NCBI RefSeq assembly: GCF_041661565.1
Contig: NZ_JBAZUD010000001.1
Span: 11,321-75,320, forward strand
Reading direction: 5' to 3'
DNA: 64,000 nt
Origin: Mesorhizobium sp.
Lineage (GTDB): Bacteria; Pseudomonadota; Alphaproteobacteria; Rhizobiales; Rhizobiaceae
This document shows, in pieces, positions 19,795 through 29,610 of the stretch. How positions within the stretch are numbered: the first letter of the stretch is position 1; the number at the start of each line of letters is the position of its first letter. Below the pieces are notes generated by a model that did not search any database, was not told where the DNA came from, and saw only the letters and a program-made list of their open reading frames with translations. The position numbers and the translations under genes were made by a program.

Positions 19795-19878
19795 CCCATG
19801 AGGATCATCTGCCGGAGTGTAACACTTAGCACTTTCTAATGTTGCCTAAGTGATTGAAAAGAAATGAAAAAAGAGGCT

Positions 19879-19952
19879 TGGCTGGGGAACCTGGATTCGA
19901 ACCAGGACTAACGGAGTCAGAGTCCGTGGGTCTACCGTTAACCTATTCCCCA
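19879..19952 (-). tRNA. tRNA-Gln (anticodon CTG)
   Basis: Minus strand reads TGGGGAATAGGTTAACGGTAGACCCACGGACTCTGACTCCGTTAGTCCTGGTTCGAATCCAGGTTCCCCAGCCA; it has the GTTCGAATC T-loop and an encoded CCA. Confidence 0.97.
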
Positions 19953-20006
19953 GCAGGCGCGATCATGGATCGCGCGGGCCGAGCGGCTGAGCCGCTTGAG
20001 CGCTGC

Positions 20007-20034
20007 CTTGTAGCCGCCAGCGGAAAATAGTCAA
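20007..20034 (-). promoter_or_regulatory. Putative sigma70 promoter of tRNA-Gln
   Basis: TTGACT-N16-TACAAG on the minus strand about 55 bp upstream of the tRNA. Confidence 0.5.
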
Positions 20035-20107
20035 GCCTGCTCTGCGCGCCTTGTCAGTTGTTTTGACAGCCGGGCGCACGGGCGTGGGGATTAATCCAAT
20101 CCGCGCC

Positions 20108-21040
20108 TCAGGTCTCCGTCCGGCTGAATTGCGAGCGTTCGAAGAACAGCACGACGCCCAAGCCCAGAATCAGCGGGATGATCAGGTAGAACAGCCGGAA
20201 CACGAGCAGCGCAGACAGAACGCCGACGGGATCCATGTCTGAAAGTCCGGCCAGGAAAACCACCTCGAACACGCCGAGCCCGCCCGGCGCGTGCGAGATC
20301 TGCGCGATCGAGAAGGAGACGAGGAAGACGCCAAGCACGACGAAATAGCCTGGATTGTTGGCTTCGGGCAGGGCGAAGAAGATGATCGCGGCCGCGGCGA
20401 GCAGTTCGATCGGTCCGATCAGCAATTGCCTGGCGACGATCGGCAGCGCCGGATAGTGCAGTTGAAAGCCGCCGATCTTCAGGGGATTGAGATGCAACCA
20501 GCTGCCGAAGATGTAGGCGCCGACCAGCATCAGCAGGGCAATTCCGGCCGCCATTGCCAGGCCGTGATGCGGTGCGCCGGAGAAGCGGTCGATGATTTCG
20601 GGCTCCAACACCAGCACCAGGCCGCCGACCAGCACGCTGGACAGCACGAAGGTGATCCAGCAGATCGCCACCAGGATGCCGACATCCTGGCCGGTCAGGC
20701 CCCTCGTGCCGTAGGCGCGGTAGCGGATGACGGCGCCGGAGAACACCGAGCCGCCAATGTTGTGCGACAGCGCATAGGTCGTGAATGAGCAAAGGGTCAC
20801 GAACAGCCACGAGACCCTCTTGCCGATATGCAGCAGCGCGATGTGGTCGTAGCCGGCGAGCGAGGCATAGGCGATCACGGAGCACAAGGCCGCGAGCAGC
20901 CAGCCGCGCGGGGGAATGGCCGATATGCCGTCCCAGACATCGTCGAGCGAGATGCCGCGCAGTTCGTGCCACAAAAGCAGCAGCGAAAAGATCACCGCGG
21001 CGATGCCGACGACCGGCCAGAAATAACGTCTCCAGTTCAT
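20108..21040 (-). CDS. Lysylphosphatidylglycerol synthase TM-domain (UPF0104/MprF flippase-like) protein
   Basis: SGAVIRYRAY, SHAPGGLGVFE and LLVFRLFYLIIP; multiple TM helices. Confidence 0.85.
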   Translation of the reverse strand: MNWRRYFWPVVGIAAVIFSLLLLWHELRGISLDDVWDGISAIPPRGWLLAALCSVIAYASLAGYDHIALLHIGKRVSWLFVTLCSFTTYALSHNIGGSVFSGAVIRYRAYGTRGLTGQDVGILVAICWITFVLSSVLVGGLVLVLEPEIIDRFSGAPHHGLAMAAGIALLMLVGAYIFGSWLHLNPLKIGGFQLHYPALPIVARQLLIGPIELLAAAAIIFFALPEANNPGYFVVLGVFLVSFSIAQISHAPGGLGVFEVVFLAGLSDMDPVGVLSALLVFRLFYLIIPLILGLGVVLFFERSQFSRTET

Positions 21041-21418
21041 TGCCTGACTGCCATGCGCCTGGATCGCTTCCTTCTTTGTCGGTGGCCGGAGGCCGGCTGT
21101 TCCGGATTCTGCCCTGCGTTTCAGGAATGCCTCATTGAAGCCGGCTATTCAACCGCGAACGTTTTTCGCACAGGCGGCCCTCAAGAATTGGCCGTGCAGG
21201 ATGCTGTAGAACGCGAGCGACCAGCGTCGCGACTGCCCATCCCGGCTTGCGAAAATTCGCCGGAGGCAGCGGGAACGGCGGCTGTCGCTCCGAGCCGGCA
21301 AAATTCGCCGCGCGGCTCTTGGTGATCAGGCGCGGCACTGTTAGTCTGGCGGCAACTTAAATCACTCAAGCGCCCGCAGCGTCCATCATCGGTTCGCGCG
21401 GCGCCGGAAGGAACGACA

Positions 21419-22780
21419 GTGGAAGACCGCGACACCGGCGCCGACGCGCCGGAGGTGGGCGCGTCCAGCGCTTCCCCGGGGCCTGCCGGCCCAGGGGCAG
21501 CCAGTTGGCAGCAACGCCGGCCGACGGGGCCCCGCTTCGCCGACGGGCATGCTGGCGACGCGGCCCAAAACCAGAAGGGCAAGCCCAAGAAGCGGCGCAA
21601 GCGCAGGCGCGGGCGCAAGGTTTTCGCGCGCGACGAAGCGCGCCCCGCAACGAACCGATCGCCGCCGCCGGGCGATGCCCCTGTCCCCGCGGCGAAGACA
21701 TCAGCGCCACCCGTGGCAGCTGCCCCGCCTGACGCTCCGGCACGGCCCGAACAGGGCGTCCGGCGGCCGCCGGCGTACGAGCTTCCCGTCTTCGCCGCCC
21801 TTGACCTCGGCACCAACAATTGCCGGCTGCTGGTCGCCGTGCCGACGCGGCATGGCCAGTTCCGCGTCATCGACGCCTTTTCGCGCATCGTGCGCCTGGG
21901 CGAGGGGCTGACCGCCAATGGACGGCTCGGCCAGCCGGCGATGGACCGCGCGGTCGAGGCGCTGAAAGTCTGCGGCGACAAACTGCGCAACCGCAAGATC
22001 AGGAAGGCGAGGCTCATCGCCACCGAAGCCTGCCGCACGGCCGACAATGGCGTCGAGTTCCTCGATCGCGTCGAGCGCGAGGCCGGGCTCAAGCTCGAGA
22101 TCATCGACCGACAGACCGAGGCGCGGCTGGCTGTTTCCGGCTGCGGCTCGCTGGTCGAACGCGACACGCAGGGCGTCGTCCTGTTCGATATCGGCGGCGG
22201 ATCGTCCGAGATCGCGCTGATCGATCTCAGCGGTCGCCGTTCGCCAAGGCTCGCCAACCATATCGTGTCGTGGACCTCGCTGCCGGTCGGCGTCGTCTCG
22301 CTGGCCGAGCGCTTCGGCGGCCGCACTGTGACGCGCGAGATCTTCGCCGCCATGGTCGACGATGTCGCCGCCCGGCTGGCGACTTTCGATGGCCGTGATC
22401 GGTTGAGCCATCTGAAGGCCAGCCCGAATTTCCACCTGCTCGGCACGTCCGGCACCGTGACGACGCTGGCCGGTGTGCACCTCGACCTCGAGCGCTACGA
22501 CCGCCGCCGCGTCGACGGGCTGTGGATGGATCGCGACAGCGTCGACCGCATGGTGGAAAAGCTGGTTGGCTGGGACTTCCAGCAGCGCTGCGCCAACCCT
22601 TGCATCGGTGCGGATCGCGCCGACCTGGTCCTGGCAGGCTGTGCTATATTGGAAGCCATTCGCGCGGTGTGGCCATCGGAGCGGCTGCGGGTCGCCGATC
22701 GCGGCCTGCGCGAAGGCATATTGAGCGAGCTGATGGCCGATGACGGCGTCTGGCGCAATGATGGGCGTGGCAGGGCATGA
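21419..22780 (+). CDS. ppx: Ppx/GppA phosphatase family protein with a disordered N-terminal extension
   Basis: [33 protein letters not shown] and GLREG. Confidence 0.9.
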   Translation: MEDRDTGADAPEVGASSASPGPAGPGAASWQQRRPTGPRFADGHAGDAAQNQKGKPKKRRKRRRGRKVFARDEARPATNRSPPPGDAPVPAAKTSAPPVAAAPPDAPARPEQGVRRPPAYELPVFAALDLGTNNCRLLVAVPTRHGQFRVIDAFSRIVRLGEGLTANGRLGQPAMDRAVEALKVCGDKLRNRKIRKARLIATEACRTADNGVEFLDRVEREAGLKLEIIDRQTEARLAVSGCGSLVERDTQGVVLFDIGGGSSEIALIDLSGRRSPRLANHIVSWTSLPVGVVSLAERFGGRTVTREIFAAMVDDVAARLATFDGRDRLSHLKASPNFHLLGTSGTVTTLAGVHLDLERYDRRRVDGLWMDRDSVDRMVEKLVGWDFQQRCANPCIGADRADLVLAGCAILEAIRAVWPSERLRVADRGLREGILSELMADDGVWRNDGRGRA

Positions 22781-22839
22781 TCCAGATGCGTTCGGCGAAT
22801 TGGCAACCAGGCGTAAGCGTTGGCTTGGTGACGGGTCGA

Positions 22840-22981
22840 CCCCCACTCCGTCGAGCTTTGCTCGACACCTCTCCCCCGGTCGACGGGGGAGAGGAAAATC
22901 GCAAGCTTATGCTGCCTGGCTCCCTTGCTCTCCCTCCGGAGGGGGGAGAGGTGGCTCGGCGAAGCCGAGACGGAGTGGGGG
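22840..22981. repeat. Composite palindromic (RIME/REP-like) element
   Basis: ccccactccgtc...acctctccccc and gggggagaggt...gacggagtgggg are inverted arms, each with internal hairpins. Confidence 0.8.
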
Positions 22982-23039
22982 ACGGCGGTCCTCAAATGTG
23001 CAACCGCCGAAAGATCATGCTCGGGCAAGAAATCAGCAA

Positions 23040-23837
23040 ATGACCAAGAAACCGGAAAAACCAGGATCGGCCAGCATTCGCGTCTTGAAGACGCGGATCA
23101 AGAAGAAGAGCGGCCTGAAGGAATCGTCGCGCCGCTGGCTGCAGCGCCACATCAACGATCCCTACGTCCAGCGCTCCAAGGCCGACGGCTATCGCTCGCG
23201 CGCGGCCTACAAGCTGATCGAGATCGACGACAAGCATCACCTGTTGAAACCCGGCCTGAAGGTGATCGACCTTGGCGCGGCGCCCGGCGGCTGGTGCCAG
23301 GTCGCCGCCGCGCGCACCAAATCGACCGCCGACAAGCCGCATGTCATAGGCATCGACTATCTCGAAATGGACGCCGTGCCCGGCGCGCCGGTGCTGCTGA
23401 TGGATTTCCTCGATCCGGAAGCACCGCAGAAGTTGGCCGAGGCGCTCGGCGGCGATCCGGACATCGTGCTGTCGGACATGGCGGCCCCCACCACCGGCCA
23501 CAAGCGAACGGACCACATCCGCACCATGCATCTGTGCGAGGTGGCGGCCGATTTCGCGCTGTCGGTCCTGAAGCCGGGCGGCCACTTCCTCGCCAAGACC
23601 TTCCAGGGCGGCGCCGAGAACGAGCTGCTCTCGATGCTCAAGAAGAATTTCCGCTCGGTCCACCACGTCAAGCCGCCGGCATCACGCGATGAGTCGGTCG
23701 AGCTTTACCTGCTGGCCAAGGACTTCAAGGGGCGAGAGTCCGGTCCGCCGTCAGGCGGATCGGAACGTCCAGTGGACGTTTCGAAGGACTCGAGCGCCCG
23801 GAGCCATAGCGAAGGGCCGGGGGACGCCGAAGCCTAA
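23040..23837 (+). CDS. rlmE: 23S rRNA Um2552 methyltransferase
   Basis: [34 protein letters not shown] and [11 protein letters not shown]. Confidence 0.95.
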   Translation: MTKKPEKPGSASIRVLKTRIKKKSGLKESSRRWLQRHINDPYVQRSKADGYRSRAAYKLIEIDDKHHLLKPGLKVIDLGAAPGGWCQVAAARTKSTADKPHVIGIDYLEMDAVPGAPVLLMDFLDPEAPQKLAEALGGDPDIVLSDMAAPTTGHKRTDHIRTMHLCEVAADFALSVLKPGGHFLAKTFQGGAENELLSMLKKNFRSVHHVKPPASRDESVELYLLAKDFKGRESGPPSGGSERPVDVSKDSSARSHSEGPGDAEA

Positions 23838-23945
23838 CCCTGCCCACCAACTGCCGGTCCGCCGTCAGGCGGATCGGAACGTCCAGTGGACGTTCCGAAG
23901 GACTCGAGCGCCCGGAGCCATAGCGAAGGGCCGGGGGACGGCGAA
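23740..23945 (+). repeat. Tandem direct repeat of a 92-bp palindromic element
   Basis: 23740-23831 versus 23854-23945: offset 114 bp, 2 mismatches; internal hairpins ccggtccgcc/ggcggatcgg and aacgtcc/ggacgtt. Confidence 0.93.
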
Positions 23946-23954
23946 TAGCACGTT

Positions 23955-24106
23955 CCCTTCTCCCCCTGCGGGAGAAGGTGGCCTCGCAAAGCGAGGTCGG
24001 ATGAGGGGTGTTCCAGGGAACACAAACGCCTCACTCCGCTGGAACACCCCTCAACCGTCTCGACGCTGCGCGCCGATCCACCTTCTCCCCCCTGTCGGAG
24101 AAGGAA
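23955..24106. repeat. Composite palindromic (RIME/REP-like) element
   Basis: Terminal ccttctcc...ggagaagg hairpins and central inverted repeat gaggggtgttccag/ctggaacacccctc. Confidence 0.85.
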
Positions 24107-24119
24107 GAGACGGTCCCGC

Positions 24120-25541
24120 TTACTGCCCCGGCGGGGTCACCGGCTCCAGTGTCTTGGGCGCTGTCAGCCGGCCATGGCCGGAAACGGCGTTGCCGGCGTC
24201 AGGGGCCAGCCGCATGAACGACAGGCAGGCCGCCGCCGAAATCACGGCGACGATGAAGAAGGCGGTGTGGAAATCGCCCAGCGTCAGCGACCTGTCGTTC
24301 AGGCTCGTCGACACTTCCAGTATGCCGCCGGCAACCGCCACGCCGAGCGCGATCGACAGCTGCTGGAAGACGGCGGCGATCGGCGTCGCCTTGCTGGTAT
24401 CGGCCGCCGAAATCTCGGCATAGGCCAGCGCGTTGATGCCGGTGAAGAACATCGATCGGATGAAGCCGCCGACCAGAAGCATGGCCAGCATCAGAAGGTA
24501 AGGCGTGTCGGGCGTGAACAGGCCGTTGACGGCGATCGACGCCGCGGCGACCAGCGAGCCGATGATCAGTACCCGGCGGAAGCCGACGACGCGGAAGATC
24601 AGCGCGGTGACGAACTTCATGCCGATGGCGCCGATCGCCGAGACGAAGGTGATCATGCCGGATTGGAACGGCGTCAGCCCGAAGCCGATCTGGAACATCA
24701 GCGGCAACAGGAAAGGCACGGCGCCGATGCCGATGCGAAACAGGCCGCCGCCAAGCACCGACGAACGAAACACCTGGTTGCGGAACAGTTCGAGCGCCAG
24801 CAGGGGATTCTTGGCATGGCGCGCATGCAGCAAATAGAGCGCGCCCGACAGCAGCCCGACCGCCACCGTAAGGACTCCGATGGCTGGCGGCAGATAGGGC
24901 AGGCTGACCACCGACAGGCCGAACACCACGCCCGAGGCCGCGAGCCCGCTCAGCACGAAGCCGATGAAATCCAGCGGCGGGTTCTGCATGGGCTCGGTCT
25001 TCGGCAGGAAACGCGTCGCCAGCCAGATGCCGATCAGGCCGATCGGCACATTGATCAGGAAGATCCAGTGCCAGGTGAAGTAGGTGGTGATGAAGCCGCC
25101 GACCGGCGGGCCGACCAGCGGCCCGACCAGTGCGGGAACCGTCAGCCACGACATGGCCGCGACGAGATCGCTCTTCGGCGTCGCCCGCACCAGCACCAGG
25201 CGACCAACCGGCGTCATCATGGCGCCGCCAATGCCCTGCAGGAAGCGGGACACCACGAAAGCCGGCAGTGAACCCGAAAAGGCGCAGGCGATCGAGCCGG
25301 CGATGAAGACCGCGATCGCGGCGCGAAAGACGTTCTTGGCGCCGAAACGGTCGGCCATCCAGCCGCTGATCGGGATGAAGATCGCCAGCGACACGAGATA
25401 GGCAGTCAAAGCGAGCTTGAGCGCGATCGGGCTGGTGTTGATGTCGATGGCGATCGCCGGCAGCGATGTCGCGATGACGGTCGAATCCATGTTCTCCATG
25501 AAAAGAGCGACCGCCAGGATGAGCGGGATGGTGCGATTCAC
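24120..25541 (-). CDS. MFS efflux transporter, DHA2 (14-TM) family
   Basis: ENMDSTVIATSLP, GWMADRFGAK, SRFLQGIGGA and WHWIFLINVPIG. Confidence 0.92.
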   Translation of the reverse strand: MNRTIPLILAVALFMENMDSTVIATSLPAIAIDINTSPIALKLALTAYLVSLAIFIPISGWMADRFGAKNVFRAAIAVFIAGSIACAFSGSLPAFVVSRFLQGIGGAMMTPVGRLVLVRATPKSDLVAAMSWLTVPALVGPLVGPPVGGFITTYFTWHWIFLINVPIGLIGIWLATRFLPKTEPMQNPPLDFIGFVLSGLAASGVVFGLSVVSLPYLPPAIGVLTVAVGLLSGALYLLHARHAKNPLLALELFRNQVFRSSVLGGGLFRIGIGAVPFLLPLMFQIGFGLTPFQSGMITFVSAIGAIGMKFVTALIFRVVGFRRVLIIGSLVAAASIAVNGLFTPDTPYLLMLAMLLVGGFIRSMFFTGINALAYAEISAADTSKATPIAAVFQQLSIALGVAVAGGILEVSTSLNDRSLTLGDFHTAFFIVAVISAAACLSFMRLAPDAGNAVSGHGRLTAPKTLEPVTPPGQ

Positions 25542-25802
25542 AAACAGGCCCGTGTCAAAAATCTGTTTCCGGCTGGAGGGGCAAGACCGGAATGAAGGGC
25601 GGTTATCATGGCCGGCAACCCATGTCGTGTTAATTTACGGTCACTTTTGTGCGACCGTGCCGCGGATGGTGTTGTGCGCTGCATGATCGGCTTTTCATCG
25701 GCGCCGCGACGTGTTACCAGCCAGCGCCAATCCTGAAAGGGAAGAAACGAGTCGGCGCTGTCCATCCCGGTCCAGCGCTTTTTTGTATTCCGAGGGCTGG
25801 CC

Positions 25803-27305
25803 ATGGCAAAAATCATTGAAACGTCCACCGGCGCGCTGGCGCTGACCTTTGACGACGTGCTGCTGCAGCCCGGTCATTCCGAGGTCATGCCGGGCGAGAC
25901 CGATGTGCGCACCCGCATCGCCGGCGACATCGACCTCAATGTGCCGATCCTGTCGGCGGCCATGGACACCGTCACCGAGGCGCGTCTCGCCATCGCCATG
26001 GCTCAGGCCGGCGGCATCGGCGTCATCCACCGCAATTTCTCGCCGGCCGAGCAGGCCGAGCAGGTGCGGCAGGTCAAGAAGTTCGAATCCGGCATGGTCA
26101 TCAACCCGGTCACCATCGGTCCCGACGCCACTCTCGCCGATGCGCTTTCGCTGATGCGCTCCTACTCGATCTCGGGCATTCCGGTGGTCGAGAATGGCGG
26201 CACCGGCGGCCAGAAGGTCGGGCGGCTGGTCGGCATCCTGACCAACCGCGACGTGCGCTTTGCCTCGGACCCCGGGCAAAAGGTCTATGAATTGATGACC
26301 CGTGAGAACCTGATCACGGTCAAGGAGAATGTCGACCAGGACGAAGCCAAGCGGCTTCTGCACCAGCACCGCATCGAGAAGCTGGTTGTCGTCGACAAGC
26401 AGGGCAATTGTGTCGGGCTGATCACGGTCAAGGACATCGAGAAGTCGCAACTCAACCCGCACGCCACCAAGGACTCCCAGGGACGTCTGCGCGCCGCGGC
26501 CGCCACCAGCGTCGGTGATGATGGTTTCGAGCGTGCTGAACGCCTGATCGACGCCGGAGTCGATCTGCTGGTGATCGACACCGCCCATGGCCACTCGCAG
26601 CGTGTGCTGGACGCCGTGGCGCGGGCCAAGAAACTCTCCAACTCGGTGCGCATCCTGGCCGGCAATGTCGCCACCGCCGAAGGCACGCAGGCGCTGATCG
26701 ATGCCGGCGCCGATGCCGTCAAGGTCGGCATCGGCCCGGGCTCGATCTGCACCACCCGGATCGTGGCCGGCGTCGGCGTACCGCAGCTCTCGGCCATCAT
26801 GTCGGCGGTGGAGACAGCCCAAAAATCGGGCGTTTCCGTCATCGCCGATGGCGGCATCAAATATTCCGGCGATCTGGCCAAGGCGCTCGCCGCCGGCGCC
26901 AGCGCGGCCATGATCGGCTCGCTGCTGGCCGGCACCGACGAGAGCCCGGGCGAGGTCTACCTGCACCAGGGCCGCTCGTTCAAGGCGTATCGGGGTATGG
27001 GTTCGGTCGGGGCCATGGCGCGCGGCTCCGCCGATCGCTACTTCCAGGCCGAGGTGCGCGACACGCTGAAACTGGTTCCCGAAGGTATCGAAGGGCAGGT
27101 CCCGTACAAAGGACCTGTGTCTGGCGTGCTGCACCAGCTTGCGGGCGGGCTGAAAGCCGCTATGGGTTATGTCGGCGGCCGCGATCTTGCCGATTTCCGC
27201 GACCGCGCCACCTTTGTACGCATATCCAACGCCGGACTTCGTGAAAGCCACGCCCATGACGTCACGATTACCCGCGAAAGCCCGAACTATCCCGGCGGAG
27301 CCTGA
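25803..27305 (+). CDS. guaB: IMP dehydrogenase
   Basis: [20 protein letters not shown] pair, [13 protein letters not shown] and YRGMGS. Confidence 0.98.
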   Translation: MAKIIETSTGALALTFDDVLLQPGHSEVMPGETDVRTRIAGDIDLNVPILSAAMDTVTEARLAIAMAQAGGIGVIHRNFSPAEQAEQVRQVKKFESGMVINPVTIGPDATLADALSLMRSYSISGIPVVENGGTGGQKVGRLVGILTNRDVRFASDPGQKVYELMTRENLITVKENVDQDEAKRLLHQHRIEKLVVVDKQGNCVGLITVKDIEKSQLNPHATKDSQGRLRAAAATSVGDDGFERAERLIDAGVDLLVIDTAHGHSQRVLDAVARAKKLSNSVRILAGNVATAEGTQALIDAGADAVKVGIGPGSICTTRIVAGVGVPQLSAIMSAVETAQKSGVSVIADGGIKYSGDLAKALAAGASAAMIGSLLAGTDESPGEVYLHQGRSFKAYRGMGSVGAMARGSADRYFQAEVRDTLKLVPEGIEGQVPYKGPVSGVLHQLAGGLKAAMGYVGGRDLADFRDRATFVRISNAGLRESHAHDVTITRESPNYPGGA

Positions 27306-27327
27306 TCGGTACGGGCTAGCGCGGAGC

Positions 27328-27879
27328 CTGACGGAGACGATCCTGCGGCTGTCGCGGCATGCCGCGGCGCTCTGTTTCCTGTCGGCGGCGGTGTTCATCG
27401 CCATGACGGCGCTGGAGTTTTTTTATTTCCGCGAGTTGAGCGGTGGCCTGCCGACGCTCGACATGCGCGTTTCCGGTTTCACCCCGGACGAAGGCATGGC
27501 CTGGCTGACGGCTCTCGGCCGGCGCGGCGGCGAGATCATCCTGGTCTGGCACTATCTGACCTTCGATCTCGTGTTCCCGGCGCTGCTGTCATTGACGCTG
27601 GTCAGCCTGATCCTGGCCACAGGGCGGCGGCTGAAAAGCTTCCGCGTGCTTCCGGGACATGTCCAGTCGATCCTCGCACTGATGCTCGTGCTGCCTTACA
27701 CATTTGCCGACTACGCCCAGAACATCGCCGTGGCGCGGCTTCTGTCCGATTTCCTGTCGGCGAACGCGGATTCCCTGTCCTTCGCCTCGGCGCTGATCGT
27801 CGCCAAATTCACGCTTCTCGCCATCCCGGTCATCGCCATTGCGGTATTCACCCTGGCAAGCCAGAAACGCGCGTCCTGA
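27328..27879 (+). CDS. Hypothetical membrane protein
   Basis: Four hydrophobic segments with LDMR, DLVFPAL and ADYAQN; start uncertain (CTG 27328 or ATG 27403). Confidence 0.65.
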   Translation: MTETILRLSRHAAALCFLSAAVFIAMTALEFFYFRELSGGLPTLDMRVSGFTPDEGMAWLTALGRRGGEIILVWHYLTFDLVFPALLSLTLVSLILATGRRLKSFRVLPGHVQSILALMLVLPYTFADYAQNIAVARLLSDFLSANADSLSFASALIVAKFTLLAIPVIAIAVFTLASQKRAS

Positions 27880-27916
27880 TGCTGGACGGAAAAACAGGCC
27901 GGGCAGGGGAAGTTAC

Positions 27917-28336
27917 ATGAGCCAGACCACGATCTTCTGGCCGATGCTGGCCCATGTGCTGCTGATCTACATCGTCTACGGCGTGCTGGGGCGTCGCAGA
28001 TATTTCGCCGTCAAGTCGGGCGAGGCCAAGGTCGGCCAGTACAAGATGCGCTCGACCGAGCCGGCGTCCAGCGCAACTGTCGCCGCCAATCTCGTCAACC
28101 AGTTCGAATTGCCGGTGCTTTTCTACGCACTGTGCCTGACCTTGCACGTCACCAACGGCGTCAATTATCTGACCCTGGCCCTGATGTGGATCTTTGTCGC
28201 GACGCGCTATTTCCACGCCTGGGTCCATTTGACCAGCAACGACCTGCGGGCGCGCAGCCGCTCCTTCTTCGTCGGAGCGGTGGTTCTCCTGGCGGCATGG
28301 ATCTGGCTCGCGCTCCACCTGCTCGGCGTGGTGTGA
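27917..28336 (+). CDS. MAPEG family membrane protein
   Basis: NLVNQFELPVLFY and FVATRYFHAWVH. Confidence 0.85.
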   Translation: MSQTTIFWPMLAHVLLIYIVYGVLGRRRYFAVKSGEAKVGQYKMRSTEPASSATVAANLVNQFELPVLFYALCLTLHVTNGVNYLTLALMWIFVATRYFHAWVHLTSNDLRARSRSFFVGAVVLLAAWIWLALHLLGVV

Positions 28337-28383
28337 GCCAGGGGCTACGGTCGTAAGCTGAGCAGGGCAGACGCAAACGGCGA

Positions 28384-29535
28384 TTAGAGGTCGAAAACCG
28401 CGATCTTGCGCCTGTCGAACTTGATGCCGATCTCGCCGCGCACAAGCTTGAGCGCCGTTTCGCCGAACACGGCGCGGCGCCAGCCCTGCAAGGCCGGAAC
28501 ATCGGCCTCCTCACCCTCGGCGGCAATACGGTCGATGTCGTCGCTCGAGGCCAGCACCTTCGAGGCGACGCCTTCGTTTTCGGCCACGATCCTCAGCAGC
28601 ACTTTCAGCAGTTCCGCCGCGGCGCTCGAACCCTCGGGCGGCTGGAAATTCTTCGGCAGCTTCGGCATCTCTTCCTTGGGCAAGGCCAGCGCCGTGTTGA
28701 CCGCGCCAAGCAGCGCCGTGGCGGTAGACGACCGTTCCCAGCCCTTCGGCGTCGTGCGCAGCTTGCCAAGGGCGGCCGCGTCGCGCGGGCCCTGCTGCGC
28801 CACCTCGTAGATGGCATCGTCCTTGAGCACGCGGCCACGCGGCACGTCGCGCTCGCGCGCCTCGCGCTCGCGCCATGCCGCCACCGCCTGCACGATCGCC
28901 AGTTCCTGCGGTTTGCGCAGCCGCATCTTCAGCCGCTTCCAGGCGTCCTCGGGATGCGGATCATAGGTCTCGCGCGAGGTCAGCACTTCCATCTCCTCGT
29001 TGAGCCAGTGGGCACGGTTTTCCCGCTCCAGTTCGGCGCTGAGGTGCCGATAGACCTCGATGAGATGGGTGACGTCGGCCAGCGCGTAGTCGAGCTGCTT
29101 GTCGGAAAGCGGCCGGTGGCGCCAGTCGGTGAAGCGCGATGACTTGTCGAGCCGCGCCCCGGTGATCCGCTGCACGAGCTGATCATAGGACACGCTGTCG
29201 CCGAAGCCGCACACCATTGCCGCGACCTGCGTGTCGAACACCGGATGCGGCACGAGATCGCCGAGGTGGACGATGATTTCGATGTCCTGCCGTGCGGCGT
29301 GGAAGACCTTGACCACCGCCTCATTGGCCATCAGCCTGAAGAATGGCTTCAGGTCCAGGCTGGGGGACAGCGGATCGATCAGTGCCGTCACCCCCGGCGC
29401 TGCCATCTGGATCAGGCACAGGATCGGCCAGAAGGTCGTTTCGCGAATGAATTCGGTGTCGACTGTGACGAAATCCGACTTTTCGAAAGCGGAGACCACG
29501 GTTTCGAGTTCGTTCTGGGTGGTGATGACGTGCAT
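28384..29535 (-). CDS. rnd: Ribonuclease D
   Basis: VDTEF.RE.TFWP.LCLIQ, VFHAARQD, FDTQVAA, DW..RPL...QLDYALADV and an HRDC domain. Confidence 0.96.
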   Translation of the reverse strand: MHVITTQNELETVVSAFEKSDFVTVDTEFIRETTFWPILCLIQMAAPGVTALIDPLSPSLDLKPFFRLMANEAVVKVFHAARQDIEIIVHLGDLVPHPVFDTQVAAMVCGFGDSVSYDQLVQRITGARLDKSSRFTDWRHRPLSDKQLDYALADVTHLIEVYRHLSAELERENRAHWLNEEMEVLTSRETYDPHPEDAWKRLKMRLRKPQELAIVQAVAAWREREARERDVPRGRVLKDDAIYEVAQQGPRDAAALGKLRTTPKGWERSSTATALLGAVNTALALPKEEMPKLPKNFQPPEGSSAAAELLKVLLRIVAENEGVASKVLASSDDIDRIAAEGEEADVPALQGWRRAVFGETALKLVRGEIGIKFDRRKIAVFDL

Positions 29536-29610
29536 CAAATCGCTTTTGGCAGGAGTAAAGTCTTCCTAGATTTCAGCCGGGAGCGCTTTCGTCAAGCGTC
29601 GGCGCCATCG

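Larger units (their letters stand above)
16890..19878. mobile_element. Degenerate genomic islet at the tRNA-Gln 3' end (no integrase seen)
   Basis: Atypical, partly very AT-rich hypothetical genes abut the tRNA CCA end; inverted repeat and IHF-like site lie next to the tRNA; the left boundary is approximate. Confidence 0.6.

Noticed and set aside
22740-23039. N-terminal extension of RlmE in the ORF track
   Set aside because: It runs through a palindromic repeat; ATG 23040 is the plausible start.
23740-23945. CRISPR-like array
   Set aside because: Only two 92-bp units with a 22-bp gap and no cas genes.
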